A stretch of DNA of 64,000 nt from Phycisphaerae bacterium (GCA_963666835.2 CAXXGO010000006.1:1568001-1632000); one strand, 5' to 3'; shown: positions 47,832-58,841, counted from the first letter of the stretch. The notes: generated by a model not told the origin, from the letters alone. Made by a program: numbers and translations.

Positions 47832-48878
47832 TCATGCGACCGCAGCGGGAGTGGACCATCGCAGTTCGCGACTCATGGCGCCGCTCTCCAGCAGGTACTT
47901 AAGGCGGAGGGAGCGGCGGTAGCGATCCGAGCGCCAATCCCCTGCGGTGAGGCCGGCGTTGGTTAGAGCGCTGCAGAGCTGCTCAATACCTCGACGCAGG
48001 TTCCACCGGTAACGAAAGTGCGAGAGGGTCTTTGGGAGCCGCGCGCCGGACACCCGGTAGCTTCGTTCGTCGTAAGTGTTGTTCGCCGCCGACCGCGCGA
48101 TGTGCGGGACCATCTCGGTGACGGCGTCGGCGATGTCGACGACGTGGTAGTTTTCGCCAGGTGGGACCACGTTGAAGACAGTGCAGTTGTTTCCGAATCC
48201 GGGATCTCGGAGGACTGCGGCGTATGCTCGGGCGACGTCTTCAACGTGAACGAGAGGCCGCCACGCAGTTCCGGCAGTCTGCATGGCGATGTGCCCGGTG
48301 GTCACGGCGGAGGCGACGAAGTCGTTTACTACCAGATCCAGGCGCATCCGCGGAGAGACTCCGTACACCGTGCCGCTGCGGAGAAACAAGGGCATGAAGC
48401 CGCTATCGGCTATGGATGTCAGATCGTGTTCACTGGCGAGCTTTGATTTTGCGTAAGGGGTCAGGGGTTGGACCGGGCTGTTTTCGTTCAGTAGCTCGCA
48501 ACCACCGCGACCGTACACACTGCACGACGAAGCGAAAAGGAAGCGGGATACGCTTGCTTTCTTGCAGCATTCCGCCAGCCGCATGGTGGTCTCGCGGTTG
48601 ATCTGCTCTATTGCAGACCCGTCGATTGCTCGGGACATGTCGCCCGATAACGCAGCCAGGTGGATGACGGCGTCAAAGGACAGCAGATCGGTGAATTCGA
48701 TATCGCGAAGGTCTGCTGCGAAGTACGGCACGCTATCGCGGACGCGGCCGAAGTCGCAGGCTCTGAACAGGTCACAATCGAGCCCGACCACGTCGAAACG
48801 GCTATTCTGCAGGACGGTCGTCATGACCGAGCCGACGTAGCCCAGGTGACCGGTAACCAGCACACGCATGTGACTCAT
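47832..48878 (-). CDS. NAD-dependent epimerase/dehydratase (extended SDR)
   Basis: VTGHLGYVG, HLAA, ASSCSVYG and YAKSK. Confidence 0.93.
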   Translation of the reverse strand: MSHMRVLVTGHLGYVGSVMTTVLQNSRFDVVGLDCDLFRACDFGRVRDSVPYFAADLRDIEFTDLLSFDAVIHLAALSGDMSRAIDGSAIEQINRETTMRLAECCKKASVSRFLFASSCSVYGRGGCELLNENSPVQPLTPYAKSKLASEHDLTSIADSGFMPLFLRSGTVYGVSPRMRLDLVVNDFVASAVTTGHIAMQTAGTAWRPLVHVEDVARAYAAVLRDPGFGNNCTVFNVVPPGENYHVVDIADAVTEMVPHIARSAANNTYDERSYRVSGARLPKTLSHFRYRWNLRRGIEQLCSALTNAGLTAGDWRSDRYRRSLRLKYLLESGAMSRELRWSTPAAVA

Positions 48879-49361
48879 CCGGGCGGTTTGTGCCGGCCTT
48901 TCCCGTCCGAACCGCCGCCGTTGGCGATGGGCCGGTCGGCCGGCTCCCGCGTCGTTATTTGTTACTAAATATCGGGTCTAGCCGCCGGTGGGCTTCAAGC
49001 GAAACGGATGGGGGGGGAGGAGCGGACGGTTTGAATCGGTCTTCGACCTGATAAGGCCCATAACGCATCGGGGACGGAGGTCGGGTGCGACGCGGGTTAT
49101 GTACCGGCTGGTCCGGAAACCCCCAAGGACCCTGTGAGTTTTCACGAGAATACCCTGTGCCGCGGACGGTCCCATAGCAAGGCGTTCCGCGTGGTGTCGG
49201 AGGCGGCCTGCCCCAAAGCTCCGGCAGCAGGCGTTCTTCGAGGACCGATAGTAACAGCGCCTTCTGGGTCACGACTCTGACACTGCCCGGGGGCCGGCTG
49301 CGCATCTGAAGTCCGATCCGTTGCGGCTAATCAAGGCTGTGCGCCGCGTAAACGATAAGGG

Positions 49362-51356
49362 ATGGGGAGTGAGTCTGCACACGGGGGCTATACGGGTGAT
49401 AACCTAGTGAGCATTGGTTGGCGGAGTTTTCGAGCGTTCTGGACGGCCGAGGAAGTTCCGCGCTGGTTCGGCTTCTCGCTGGTCTTGGTCTATCTGGCGG
49501 GATTGGGAGCAGTCGGTCAGTTCGGCATGAGCAAAGTGCGCACGGAGGCCCGAGATTACTTCAGATCGAGCAGTGAATACGCGGTGCAGAGTCTCGCCGA
49601 TCGACTGGGTGATGAGACAAAGGGCGCGTTGGCCGATTCTGCGCGGGTCTCTTTGTTTCAGCGGGGGTTGTACGACTTAGCCGCGCACGTTCCGGTTGGT
49701 TGGGTGCATGTGATCGACGGAACCGGGAAGATCGTTGCCTCGACGATACCCTCGGAGGTCGGCGGGGCGACTACCGTGACGCCGGGCGACCTGGCAGATA
49801 TCGAAGGCGACGGTGAGGATCGGTTCGTGAGGATCCCGATCCGAAACGGTCAGGGCTCATCGGCTAAGGAGACTGTGGCCGGCGTGGCAGGAGGCGATGA
49901 TGCCGAATCTGATAATGAGGTAACGGCGTTCTTCTTAGAGGCCCGGCTGTTGCCGGAACTTCCTGAAGCTTCGGGTCTTGCCCGACACGTCGGCACGTTG
50001 ACGATCATCCTGGTAGCCATGGGGGTGCTGTTCGGTCTCTTTCGGTGCTTGCGGGCTCAGCTTCGCGGGGTCCGCCATATTGCGGACCGCCTGCACTTCT
50101 ATGGAGACCGGATCGATAAGGAACTCGCTTCGCTGTACATTGCCGATGCGGCCGACACGGTCACCGCAACGTGGAACAAGCTGATCGACCTTACCCAGGA
50201 ACTTCGGGAGACGGTCAACCGTTCTCAGGCCCACGAGGAGCTTGCTCGGGTGCTGGAGCGCTCCGGCGGCGGAGCCTTGGCCGAAGCGCTGAACGCCCTC
50301 CCCGACGGCATAGCCTTCATCAGCGATGAGGTCCGTTTCGAATACGCCAACTCGACGGCTAACCGGCTCTTCGGATGGGATGCCCAGCAATCGAAACAGA
50401 TCACTCTGCCGGACGCACAGGCCGCGGGCATTGGGGGCAAGGCTCTGGACATCATCCGCGGCGCCCAACGCCCGGATGGTTCCTTCGAGACCCGGGCCGA
50501 AGTGGTGGAATCGGATGAGTCGGAGATAGTGGACAACAGCTCCTATCGGGTGTGGGTGATTCCTCTGCACCGCGCCCACCACGCCGGAGAGGCTCTCGTA
50601 GTCATTAGGGATGTAAGCCAGCAGATTCGGGCCGAGCGATCTCGCGAGGATTTCGTTACCCAAGTGACGCACGAGCTTCGCACACCCCTGACGAATATCC
50701 GCGCCTATGCCGAGACGCTATCCAGCGGGATGTTCGACGATCCCAACGTCATCACCGAGTGCTACAACGTCATCACCAAAGAGACCCGCCGGTTGTCCCG
50801 GTTGATCGAGGACATCCTCAGCGTATCTCAGTTGGAGGTCGGGAGCATCGAGCTTCATCTTGACCAGGTAGACCTAAAGACGCTGCTGTCGGAGGGGGTG
50901 CGTGACGTTCGCGGTTTGGCCGACGAGAAGAACATAGATATTCAGGTTCAGCTTCCGGCGAAGACCGAACCGATTCGGGGCGATCGCGATAAGCTCGCGG
51001 TCGTGTTGAACAACCTCCTCGGGAACGCCATCAAGTACACACCGGCGGATGGTGACATAATCGTCGGATGCCAATACTCCGCCGATGCCATCGTCCTTAC
51101 CATAAAAGACAATGGAATCGGAATCGATCCGAAGGACCACGTTCGGGTCTTTGAGAAATTCCAGCGGGCGAACGACCCGGACGTCATGAGCGAGACCGGG
51201 ACCGGGATCGGGCTGTATACGGCGCGGGAGATCGTGCGCCGTCATGGAGGGGATATCGAGCTGATCAGTCAAAAGAATGAAGGCTCCACGTTTATGGTTC
51301 GACTTCCGCATCGGGAGAGCCGCGCCGCCGCGTTGAGCACGCAGGAGGAGGCGTAG
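49362..51356 (+). CDS. Membrane PAS-domain sensor histidine kinase
   Basis: Two TM helices, a PAS region, THELRTPL, NLLGNAIKY, DNGIGI and GTGIGL. Confidence 0.95.
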   Translation: MGSESAHGGYTGDNLVSIGWRSFRAFWTAEEVPRWFGFSLVLVYLAGLGAVGQFGMSKVRTEARDYFRSSSEYAVQSLADRLGDETKGALADSARVSLFQRGLYDLAAHVPVGWVHVIDGTGKIVASTIPSEVGGATTVTPGDLADIEGDGEDRFVRIPIRNGQGSSAKETVAGVAGGDDAESDNEVTAFFLEARLLPELPEASGLARHVGTLTIILVAMGVLFGLFRCLRAQLRGVRHIADRLHFYGDRIDKELASLYIADAADTVTATWNKLIDLTQELRETVNRSQAHEELARVLERSGGGALAEALNALPDGIAFISDEVRFEYANSTANRLFGWDAQQSKQITLPDAQAAGIGGKALDIIRGAQRPDGSFETRAEVVESDESEIVDNSSYRVWVIPLHRAHHAGEALVVIRDVSQQIRAERSREDFVTQVTHELRTPLTNIRAYAETLSSGMFDDPNVITECYNVITKETRRLSRLIEDILSVSQLEVGSIELHLDQVDLKTLLSEGVRDVRGLADEKNIDIQVQLPAKTEPIRGDRDKLAVVLNNLLGNAIKYTPADGDIIVGCQYSADAIVLTIKDNGIGIDPKDHVRVFEKFQRANDPDVMSETGTGIGLYTAREIVRRHGGDIELISQKNEGSTFMVRLPHRESRAAALSTQEEA

Positions 51357-51360
51357 GGCC

Positions 51361-51750
51361 ATGGCGAAGATCTTGATTGTCGAGGACGAAGCCCATATCG
51401 CGCGGGTGATGACCATGTGGCTCGAACGCCACGGGCATCACATTGCCCACGCAACGAACGGTGAGATAGCTCTGGACAAACTGAGTCGCGATCCGGTTGA
51501 TCTGGTAATCACCGACATGAACATGCCGGGTCTCGACGGGCTGGGGCTGGTCAAGGTCTTGCGGGAGGAGCGGAGGCTTACAGTTCCCATTCTTCTGGTT
51601 ACGGCGCGATGCGACCAGGCCAAACTGAGTGAGGAGTTGGAGCCGTACGACGTCCGGCTTTACCGCAAGCCGTTTATTCCCTCGCGTCTGGTGGCGGATA
51701 TTGAGCAGATGTTGCAGTTGACCACAGTGGCCCGGAGCAACGAGTCGTGA
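51361..51750 (+). CDS. Single-domain response regulator (receiver)
   Basis: ILIVEDE, TDMNMPGLDG and KPF. Confidence 0.93.
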   Translation: MAKILIVEDEAHIARVMTMWLERHGHHIAHATNGEIALDKLSRDPVDLVITDMNMPGLDGLGLVKVLREERRLTVPILLVTARCDQAKLSEELEPYDVRLYRKPFIPSRLVADIEQMLQLTTVARSNES

Positions 51751-53054
51751 CCGTAGGCACGAGGATCCCACAGTCTCCGTCGGAGCTGAAGCGTCCCGAG
51801 GACGTACAAGGCTGGGTAGACTTGCTGCGCGCACGGGTAGCGACCTTGAAGCCCGATGCCAGGATTGATCAGATTCTCTGGGGGCTCTCCGGCGCCGTTG
51901 ATCGGATTGTGGCGGAACACAGCGGCATGGCCCGGGAACTGCTCAGCGTGTACGAGCAGCTCGGCATCGTGTTCGAGGTCACCGGGCGGCTATCCACCGT
52001 GCAGTGCGAACGGGAAGTCGTGGATCTGTTCGTCGAGAGCCTCCGCCGCAGCTTCGATCGCCGGGTCGTATTCGTTGTGCGCCAGGGTCCCGGGGAAGAG
52101 TGGTCCACGCAGGGTTGCGAGCTGACCGTTGACGAGTGGATCAAGAGCCTGGTTAACCGGGCGCGCGATACCAGCACGGTCTTGGTCGAAACCCCTCCGG
52201 TCGACATGGAGCATCATAATGTTGCCGAGACGATGGTCGGTCCGGTGTTTGCCGGGGATGCTTTCGTGTTCGCGATAGTCCTTGCGCGCGGTCGGGGAGT
52301 TCCGGAGTTCGTCGCCAGTGATATGTCGTTGCTCGAATCGCTGACGACGTTCTGCGGGGACTTGATTCGCAGCCATCGACTGATGCGCGAATTGCGGATG
52401 ATGTCCTTCTCGATGGTGCGGTCGTTGGTCAACGCCGTCGATCAAAAGGACGAGTACACTTCCGGGCATTCCCTGCGCGTCGGGCATTTCGCCACGTTGT
52501 TGGGCAAGCGGGTGGGCCTCCACGGCGTGGACATAGAGCTGCTGCAGTGGGGGGCGTTGCTGCACGATGTCGGCAAGATCGGTATCCGCGATGACGTTTT
52601 GAAGAAAGCGGGAAAGCTGACCCCCGAGGAGCTTGATCATATCAAGGAGCACCCGACGCGTAGCCATAGGGTCGTGCAGGAAATCCCCCAGTTGGCCGGA
52701 GCCCTCGAGGGAGTTCTGCATCACCATGAACGCTACGATGGGACCGGATATCCTGCGGGGCTCGCTCGGGAGGAGATCCCGCTGCAGGCCCGGATCATTC
52801 AGATTGCCGACGTCTTCGATGCTCTGACTTCCACGCGGTCGTATCGGGCGGCGTATGATTGGCGCAAAGCTCTGGCGATTCTCAAGGACGAGGCCGGGAA
52901 GCTGGTGGATCCGAATCTGTGCCGGGTGTTCGATGAGCTGATCCACGGATTACTCGATGGTGACGACAACGCCTGGGATAGGCTGGTGGAACAGGCTAAT
53001 GCGTTTGCGCAGGCGGAGAAAGAGGACCTGGGGGGGGATTCCGAGGGAGAATGA
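51747..53054 (+). CDS. GAF-like/HD-GYP cyclic-di-GMP phosphodiesterase
   Basis: YTSGHS, LLHDVGKIG, HHERYDGTGYP and ADVFDALTS. Confidence 0.93.
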   Translation: MTVGTRIPQSPSELKRPEDVQGWVDLLRARVATLKPDARIDQILWGLSGAVDRIVAEHSGMARELLSVYEQLGIVFEVTGRLSTVQCEREVVDLFVESLRRSFDRRVVFVVRQGPGEEWSTQGCELTVDEWIKSLVNRARDTSTVLVETPPVDMEHHNVAETMVGPVFAGDAFVFAIVLARGRGVPEFVASDMSLLESLTTFCGDLIRSHRLMRELRMMSFSMVRSLVNAVDQKDEYTSGHSLRVGHFATLLGKRVGLHGVDIELLQWGALLHDVGKIGIRDDVLKKAGKLTPEELDHIKEHPTRSHRVVQEIPQLAGALEGVLHHHERYDGTGYPAGLAREEIPLQARIIQIADVFDALTSTRSYRAAYDWRKALAILKDEAGKLVDPNLCRVFDELIHGLLDGDDNAWDRLVEQANAFAQAEKEDLGGDSEGE

Positions 53055-53061
53055 CGTGCAT

Positions 53062-54384
53062 ATGACACTTCTGTTGACGTGGTTCCCCATCATCTTGGGG
53101 GTGGGCGTGGGAGGTCGCCTGCTGGGACGCACCCGCGGCTTCGGACTGGGCATTCTTTGCGCGCTATTCTGGATCGTCCTGGTTCAAGCATCGGCCGGGG
53201 CGGAGGTGTGGTTCCACCCGTGGACTGTAGCGGGTCTGATTGCCGGAGCCGTCACGATTGTTTCGATGGGGGGTTGGTCCGGCGAGATTGCACTGGAGCC
53301 GCGGTCGAACCGGGCGGCGTCAACCGAGCCGACCACGGCGGCAGCCGCGGCCGAGCGGAGGCCGTTGGATCAGGTTTCCGCGATATTGGATCAATTCGAT
53401 GACTGGCTGGAGGATCATCGCAAGGACAACAACCCTTGGCCCAAGTTCGACGAGTTCGTGCGTACCGTACTGTACAATTGTTGCGGTGCAACGCATGTGC
53501 GGCCGTATCGGCTGATGGCGGACAGCGAGGAACTGGTCCCGCTCAGCGAGGCGGATCCGTTTTCGGAGGAGAATCCGCTCTCGGCCCGGCAGGGGATCAT
53601 CGGGCATGTAGTCACGACGGGTCGTACCTACCTGGACAACGACGGCACTCACGGAGAGTTGGTCAGCCGGCTGGCCGAGGAGTCGTCCGAGACGATCGCC
53701 TGGTGTTTCGCGGTTCGCCAGGGAGCGACCCGCCTCGGCGTAGTGGTAGTCGGTCATCTGGAGGTTGCTCCGGATCTTCAACGCCAGTTTCTGCGCACCG
53801 TTGAGCGATTGGTTGTGCGGCTGTGGTGCTCGTTACTGGAGGTGCACAGGAGTCGCTCAGCCGTTTTGGATGATCCCGTTTCCGGGCTTCTTACTCGGGA
53901 GGCGTTCTTGGCTGTTGCCGAGCAGTCTCTCGCAGAGTCGTACGCTCAGGGGGAGCCCGTCGCCGCTGTGGTGGTTACCCTGGAACGGCTGCGTGAATTG
54001 AACGACTCCGGGCGGTGGGAAGTGGCGGATGAACTGGTCCGGATGGTCGGGCAGGCGCTGCGCCGAAAGGTCCGAATGGATGATCGTCTGGGGAGATTCG
54101 ACGGCTCCCGATTCGTCCTGTTGCTCAGGCGGGTGGATTCCGAATTGGCGTCGCTGATCGTTGCCCAGATCATGTCACAGCTTGAGAAGATCTGCAGCGA
54201 GGAGTCACGTTGGCAAGCATCCATCGTGGTGCGCTGTGGGGTAGCGGGTAGCGGTACGGAGGACCCGGACCTGCGCGGCCTTCTGTCGCGCGCCCTAATG
54301 CAGTGCCACCGGGCCCGAACGGCGGACATCCCGATCGCCAGTGATTTGAAACCTCCGCCGGTGGCAGGGGCGGTGTCGTCATGA
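53062..54384 (+). CDS. Membrane GAF-GGDEF protein with degenerate active site
   Basis: N-terminal TM helices, DPVSGLL, and RMDD-RLGRF-DGSRF in place of RxxD-x5-GGDEF. Confidence 0.85.
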   Translation: MTLLLTWFPIILGVGVGGRLLGRTRGFGLGILCALFWIVLVQASAGAEVWFHPWTVAGLIAGAVTIVSMGGWSGEIALEPRSNRAASTEPTTAAAAAERRPLDQVSAILDQFDDWLEDHRKDNNPWPKFDEFVRTVLYNCCGATHVRPYRLMADSEELVPLSEADPFSEENPLSARQGIIGHVVTTGRTYLDNDGTHGELVSRLAEESSETIAWCFAVRQGATRLGVVVVGHLEVAPDLQRQFLRTVERLVVRLWCSLLEVHRSRSAVLDDPVSGLLTREAFLAVAEQSLAESYAQGEPVAAVVVTLERLRELNDSGRWEVADELVRMVGQALRRKVRMDDRLGRFDGSRFVLLLRRVDSELASLIVAQIMSQLEKICSEESRWQASIVVRCGVAGSGTEDPDLRGLLSRALMQCHRARTADIPIASDLKPPPVAGAVSS

Positions 54385-54716
54385 GGATCGAGCAGCAACA
54401 GATGGGGACGGTCAACGTTCTGACCCCGGTGGGCGCGCTGGTCGACGAAGATGCCGAAGAACTCGCCCGGATGCTGCGTGAACGAACGCGATCGGCCAAT
54501 CCACGGGTCGTGGTATCCATGGCGGAGGTCCCTTATTTGGACAGCGTGGCCCTGGAGAGTCTGGTCGATGCGACGGATGAGCTGGCCGACCGTGCCATGC
54601 GCCTGAGACTCGCGGCGGTTCCGTCCACCTGCCGGGAGATCTTGGAGCTGACCGGCCTGGCGGACAAGTTTCGTTTTTTCAACGAAGTCCAAGACGCCGT
54701 GCGGAGCTATCTGTGA
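54381..54716 (+). CDS. STAS-domain protein (anti-sigma antagonist-like)
   Basis: VPYLDSVAL and EILELTGL. Confidence 0.88.
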   Translation: MRIEQQQMGTVNVLTPVGALVDEDAEELARMLRERTRSANPRVVVSMAEVPYLDSVALESLVDATDELADRAMRLRLAAVPSTCREILELTGLADKFRFFNEVQDAVRSYL

Positions 54717-54757
54717 CGGCGGGGAACGCCGCCGTCCGGGGAGCGTGATTGGCTATT

Positions 54758-56518
54758 ATGGCTAACTTGATGATCGATGGTGCTGCCAGGCTCGGAGATC
54801 AGCTCGTTCGCGACGGGCTGATCACTCCCGAGCAACTGGCCGAAGCGCTCTCATCCCAGGAGGCTACGGGCGGTCGGATCGGGGGCGTGCTGGTCCAGGC
54901 CGGGGCGATCTCAGCCGGGTCGCTGGTTCAGGCGCTCTCCAAGAGGCTGGGAGTAAAGGGCTGCGTCTTGCGGCACGGGCTGATCGATCCGAAGGTGGCC
55001 AAGACGGTTATGAAGGAGGAGGCGGAGCGTCTGCAGGTTCTGCCTCTGTTCCGCGTACGTGATGAACTGACCGTGGCGATGGTCGAGCCGCAATCGCTTC
55101 CTATCCAAGACCGCCTCCGCAATCTCACCGGCTGTTCGATTCGTCCGGTGTTGGTTCTGGAGGAGAACCTGCAGGAATACCAACGCAAGTATCTGGCGGC
55201 CGAGGTCAACGTGGACTCCTTTCTGGCGTCGATGGAAGAGAGCGACATCCACATCACCGAGAACGAGGCCATTGACGAAGGGGCGGTGGCCGACCTGGAT
55301 CAGATGGTCGAAGGCAGCCCGGTGGTCAACCTCGTGAACTTGGCGATTCTGACCGCGATGCGGGCGGGGGCGAGCGACATTCACATCGAGCCGGATCGTG
55401 ATGCTACGCACATTCGCTATCGCATCGACGGGCACTTGCGTGAGATGCTCAAGCCCCCCAAGGGTATGCATGCCGCTATCGTGTCACGCGTGAAGGTCAT
55501 CGGGCGAATGGACATCGCCGAGAAGCGTCTGCCGCAGGAAGGGCGCGTGCATATTGTGGCCGACGGGCGCGAGATCGATTTGCGCGTCTCGACCATGCCG
55601 ACCGTGCTGGGCGAGAAGGTGGTGCTCAGGATTCTGGATAAATCGCAACTGAGTTTCGAGCTGGAGAACCTCGGAATCCGGGGCCGGAATCGCGCCGCCA
55701 TCGAGGCGATGATCCGCAGTCCGTACGGGCTCATGCTCGTGACCGGTCCGACCGGCAGCGGCAAGACGACCACGCTTTACTCGGCTTTGGACCTGCTCCG
55801 CAGCGAGGCCACCAACATCGTGACGATCGAGGATCCGGTGGAGTATCAGCTTCCGCTGATCAACCAGATTCAAGTGGCCGAGCGGGTCGGGTTGACCTTT
55901 GTTCGAGCTTTGCGCTCGATCCTCCGGCAGGACCCCGACGTTATTATGGTCGGCGAGATCCGGGATGAAGATACGGCGCGGGTCGCCATCCAGGCGGCGT
56001 TGACCGGGCACCTGGTGCTGTCCACGCTGCACACCAACGACTGCCCCGGTGGGGTGATGCGGATGCTCGATATGGGCATCGAGCCGTACTTATTGTCGGC
56101 CGCGGTGTTAGGCTTCGTTGCTCAGCGGCTGGCACGGAAGATATGCCCGTCATGTCGGACGTCGTACTACCCGCCCCCGGCTTTGCTGAAGAGTGTTGGT
56201 TGGGAACACCGCAGCAATGAACTCTTCCAGAAGGGAGAGGGTTGCCGCGAATGTAACAACACCGGGTTCCGCGGGCGGGTGGGGATCTATGAGGTCATGC
56301 TTCTCGATGCGGAAATCAAGCGTCTGATTCAGTGCAGCGGTTCTGAGACCGAGATGCGGGTCTATCTGGCCCAGACCGGATGGCGAACTCTGCGTGACCG
56401 GGCGCTGGACGTTGTCGATCGGGGCGAGTCTACGCTGGAGGAGGTGCTGCGGGTGACGCGGTCCGAGGCGTTGGATGTGGGGGATCCTACGGGGGCCGGA
56501 GCTGAGGCAGAGTTATGA
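54758..56518 (+). CDS. GspE/PilB/MshE-type assembly ATPase with N-terminal MshEN domain
   Basis: RLGDQLVRDGLIT...ALSSQ, ASDIHIEP, GPTGSGKTT, LRQDPDVIMVGEIRD and a tetracysteine motif. Confidence 0.95.
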   Translation: MANLMIDGAARLGDQLVRDGLITPEQLAEALSSQEATGGRIGGVLVQAGAISAGSLVQALSKRLGVKGCVLRHGLIDPKVAKTVMKEEAERLQVLPLFRVRDELTVAMVEPQSLPIQDRLRNLTGCSIRPVLVLEENLQEYQRKYLAAEVNVDSFLASMEESDIHITENEAIDEGAVADLDQMVEGSPVVNLVNLAILTAMRAGASDIHIEPDRDATHIRYRIDGHLREMLKPPKGMHAAIVSRVKVIGRMDIAEKRLPQEGRVHIVADGREIDLRVSTMPTVLGEKVVLRILDKSQLSFELENLGIRGRNRAAIEAMIRSPYGLMLVTGPTGSGKTTTLYSALDLLRSEATNIVTIEDPVEYQLPLINQIQVAERVGLTFVRALRSILRQDPDVIMVGEIRDEDTARVAIQAALTGHLVLSTLHTNDCPGGVMRMLDMGIEPYLLSAAVLGFVAQRLARKICPSCRTSYYPPPALLKSVGWEHRSNELFQKGEGCRECNNTGFRGRVGIYEVMLLDAEIKRLIQCSGSETEMRVYLAQTGWRTLRDRALDVVDRGESTLEEVLRVTRSEALDVGDPTGAGAEAEL

Positions 56519-57732
56519 TCCTGACGTATGAAGCCATGGATGCCGAGGGGCGGCGCACCCACGATGCCGTTGAAGCTCCCAACTCGAAAGAGGCCGTAGA
56601 GCTGCTGCGAAGACGCGGGCTTTTCGTGACCCGCATCGAGCAATCCGCCGAGCCGAAGGCCAAAACGGCGACGTCAGGCGCTCACGGTGATCGAAGCAGA
56701 CTGCCGCTGAAGGTCTTGGCGCTGTTCACGCGGCAGATGGCCATGCTGTTGCATGCCGGCAGCGGAGTTGTGCCGGCTATTTCCACGATTGCTCGCCAGA
56801 TGAAGAAGCCGGTGCAAGCCGATCTGCTTCGCAGTGTTGTCACCGAATTGGAGGACGGTACGCCGCTCACCGACGCTTTCCGCAAGCACCCGCGTACCTT
56901 CGATCCGGTGTACTGCGCGATCGTGTCAGCGGGTGAGGCCAGCGGTACGTTAACCCAGATGTTCGAGCGGTTGGCCATCATAGTCGGAAGACGCCGGGCG
57001 ATTCGCAAGAAGATCCTGGGGGCGTTTGCCTATCCCGCGCTGCTCATCGTAATGTGCGTTTCCATTCTGCAGTCGGTGCTGCTCTTTGTTTTGCCGCGGT
57101 TCGCCGACATGTTTGAGCAACTGGGCGTCGAGGCGCCGGCCTCCACTGAGTTGCTTCTGGCTACCGGAGCGGCGGTGCGGACGAACTGGATGTTCGTGTT
57201 GGCGGGCATTGTGGCGTTCGGATTGGGCGTTGCCTGGTTGGCGACCAGCACCGCTGGGCGGCGATGGCTCACGAATATCCAGTTGAGCATTCCGGTGTTT
57301 GGCCGGCTGCGTTCTCGGTTGATCCAGGCCCAGATTCTCCGGACGTTGGGAATGTTGTTGGAGAGCAGGGTCGGGTTGCTCGACGCCCTGGAGTTGGCCC
57401 GCGGCGCAACTCGGAACCAGCGTTTCCAGCATCTTTTCGACAGTGTCGAGAACAACGTGACCTCCGGCGGAGCGCCCAGCGCGGCGTTTGATAGCTCCGG
57501 GTTGATGGAGCCGTATATCTGCCAGGCCATTCGCACCGGCGAGGAGAGCGGAAGTCTTGGTGAGGCAATGACGTATTGTGCCGACATTCTCGACGAAAGT
57601 AACGAGGAGCTGATCTCGGTAGTTACGAAGTTGGTGGAACCGGTCATTCTTATCGGCATGGGGGCAATCGTCGGAGGGGTGGCGATCTCTCTGTTCCTGC
57701 CGTTGTTTGACCTTACCTCAGCTATGGGCTGA
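56515..57732 (+). CDS. GspF/PilC inner-membrane platform protein
   Basis: FTRQMAMLL, AGEASGTL, AYP, GEESGSL and VEP. Confidence 0.93.
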   Translation: MILTYEAMDAEGRRTHDAVEAPNSKEAVELLRRRGLFVTRIEQSAEPKAKTATSGAHGDRSRLPLKVLALFTRQMAMLLHAGSGVVPAISTIARQMKKPVQADLLRSVVTELEDGTPLTDAFRKHPRTFDPVYCAIVSAGEASGTLTQMFERLAIIVGRRRAIRKKILGAFAYPALLIVMCVSILQSVLLFVLPRFADMFEQLGVEAPASTELLLATGAAVRTNWMFVLAGIVAFGLGVAWLATSTAGRRWLTNIQLSIPVFGRLRSRLIQAQILRTLGMLLESRVGLLDALELARGATRNQRFQHLFDSVENNVTSGGAPSAAFDSSGLMEPYICQAIRTGEESGSLGEAMTYCADILDESNEELISVVTKLVEPVILIGMGAIVGGVAISLFLPLFDLTSAMG

Positions 57733-57749
57733 TCGGTGGAGTAGACCGA

Positions 57750-58841
57750 ATGGTTTCCCTGCGGAGCCAATGCAAGAAACGGACCCGGATCGGCTTGGAC
57801 GTCGGCGGTCACGCCGTACGGGCCGTGCAGTTGCGGCGTTCGGGAAACGTGTACACGGTGTCTGGGTCCGCCCAGCATGAACGACGGCCTATCGGCACTG
57901 ATCAGGATCGGCCGATCGGTGATATTGTGCGGGTGTGCCTGCAGTCCTCCGGTTGCCGGGGGAAGCTCGTGGAGACCGCACTGAGTTCTCCGGATCTCGA
58001 GGTACACGCCATCAAGCTTCCCCCGGCGGTTTCCGGCGGGCGGCGGGACGAGCTTGATGAAATCGTGCACTGGGAAGTACAGCGGCTGACCACCTTGCCG
58101 AGCGGGAGCGTGGAAACTCGCCACTGGCTGCTGCCGGAAACGCGAGGTTCTGCTCCGAATGCTCTGGGGGTTGCTGCGGCTAGGGAGGTGATTACGCAGT
58201 CCATCGAGGCGTGTGCTGCGGCCGGGTTCACCTGCTCGGGAGTGGATGCGGCGGCAGCGGCGCTGAGTCGGTTCGGGAGTTTGCTTAACCCATGGCCGTC
58301 GGACGCGGTTTGGGGCATCCTCGATCTCGGGCTCCGCGAAACGCGCACCATCTTGTGTGTGGACGGCGTGCCGGTTTTGGTCCGCACGACCGGTCCCGGA
58401 GGGGAGGCGTGGACCGCACAGATTGCCGAGGCGTTGGAGATTTCCGTCAAAGCTGCGGAGGTGCAGAAGCGCGACGCCGGTCTCGCCTTGACCGGTCGTG
58501 GTGTTAGAGCCGAGGGCGTCGCGACGCCTGCCGGAGAGCTGGCCGCAATCCTGACGGGAGTCTTGCGGAACGATCTGCAAACTCTCGCCGGTGAGGTGAA
58601 GCGTTCATACGAATACGTGTTGAGCTGTTATCCGCGACGTCGGGCGGCCGATCTGGTGCTCGTGGGGGGCGGGGCGGTTACGAAGAACCTGGCGGAGTAC
58701 CTGGCGCAGGCGCTGGGGATTCCCGTATGCCCGGCATCGGCTTGGCTTAGTCGGGATGGATGCCGGCTGCGTTTTGCGAGCGGCCGGCAGAGTCGGATTG
58801 AGGAACTGGCGCTGGCCGTCGGTGTGGCGATTGAGAGTTAG
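57750..58841 (+). CDS. PilM-like actin-fold assembly protein
   Basis: IGLDVG...VRAVQL, LDLG and LVGGGA. Confidence 0.85.
   Translation: MVSLRSQCKKRTRIGLDVGGHAVRAVQLRRSGNVYTVSGSAQHERRPIGTDQDRPIGDIVRVCLQSSGCRGKLVETALSSPDLEVHAIKLPPAVSGGRRDELDEIVHWEVQRLTTLPSGSVETRHWLLPETRGSAPNALGVAAAREVITQSIEACAAAGFTCSGVDAAAAALSRFGSLLNPWPSDAVWGILDLGLRETRTILCVDGVPVLVRTTGPGGEAWTAQIAEALEISVKAAEVQKRDAGLALTGRGVRAEGVATPAGELAAILTGVLRNDLQTLAGEVKRSYEYVLSCYPRRRAADLVLVGGGAVTKNLAEYLAQALGIPVCPASAWLSRDGCRLRFASGRQSRIEELALAVGVAIES

Noticed and set aside
57030..58580. 516-aa - strand ORF
   Set aside because: Antisense to the pilC- and pilM-like genes.
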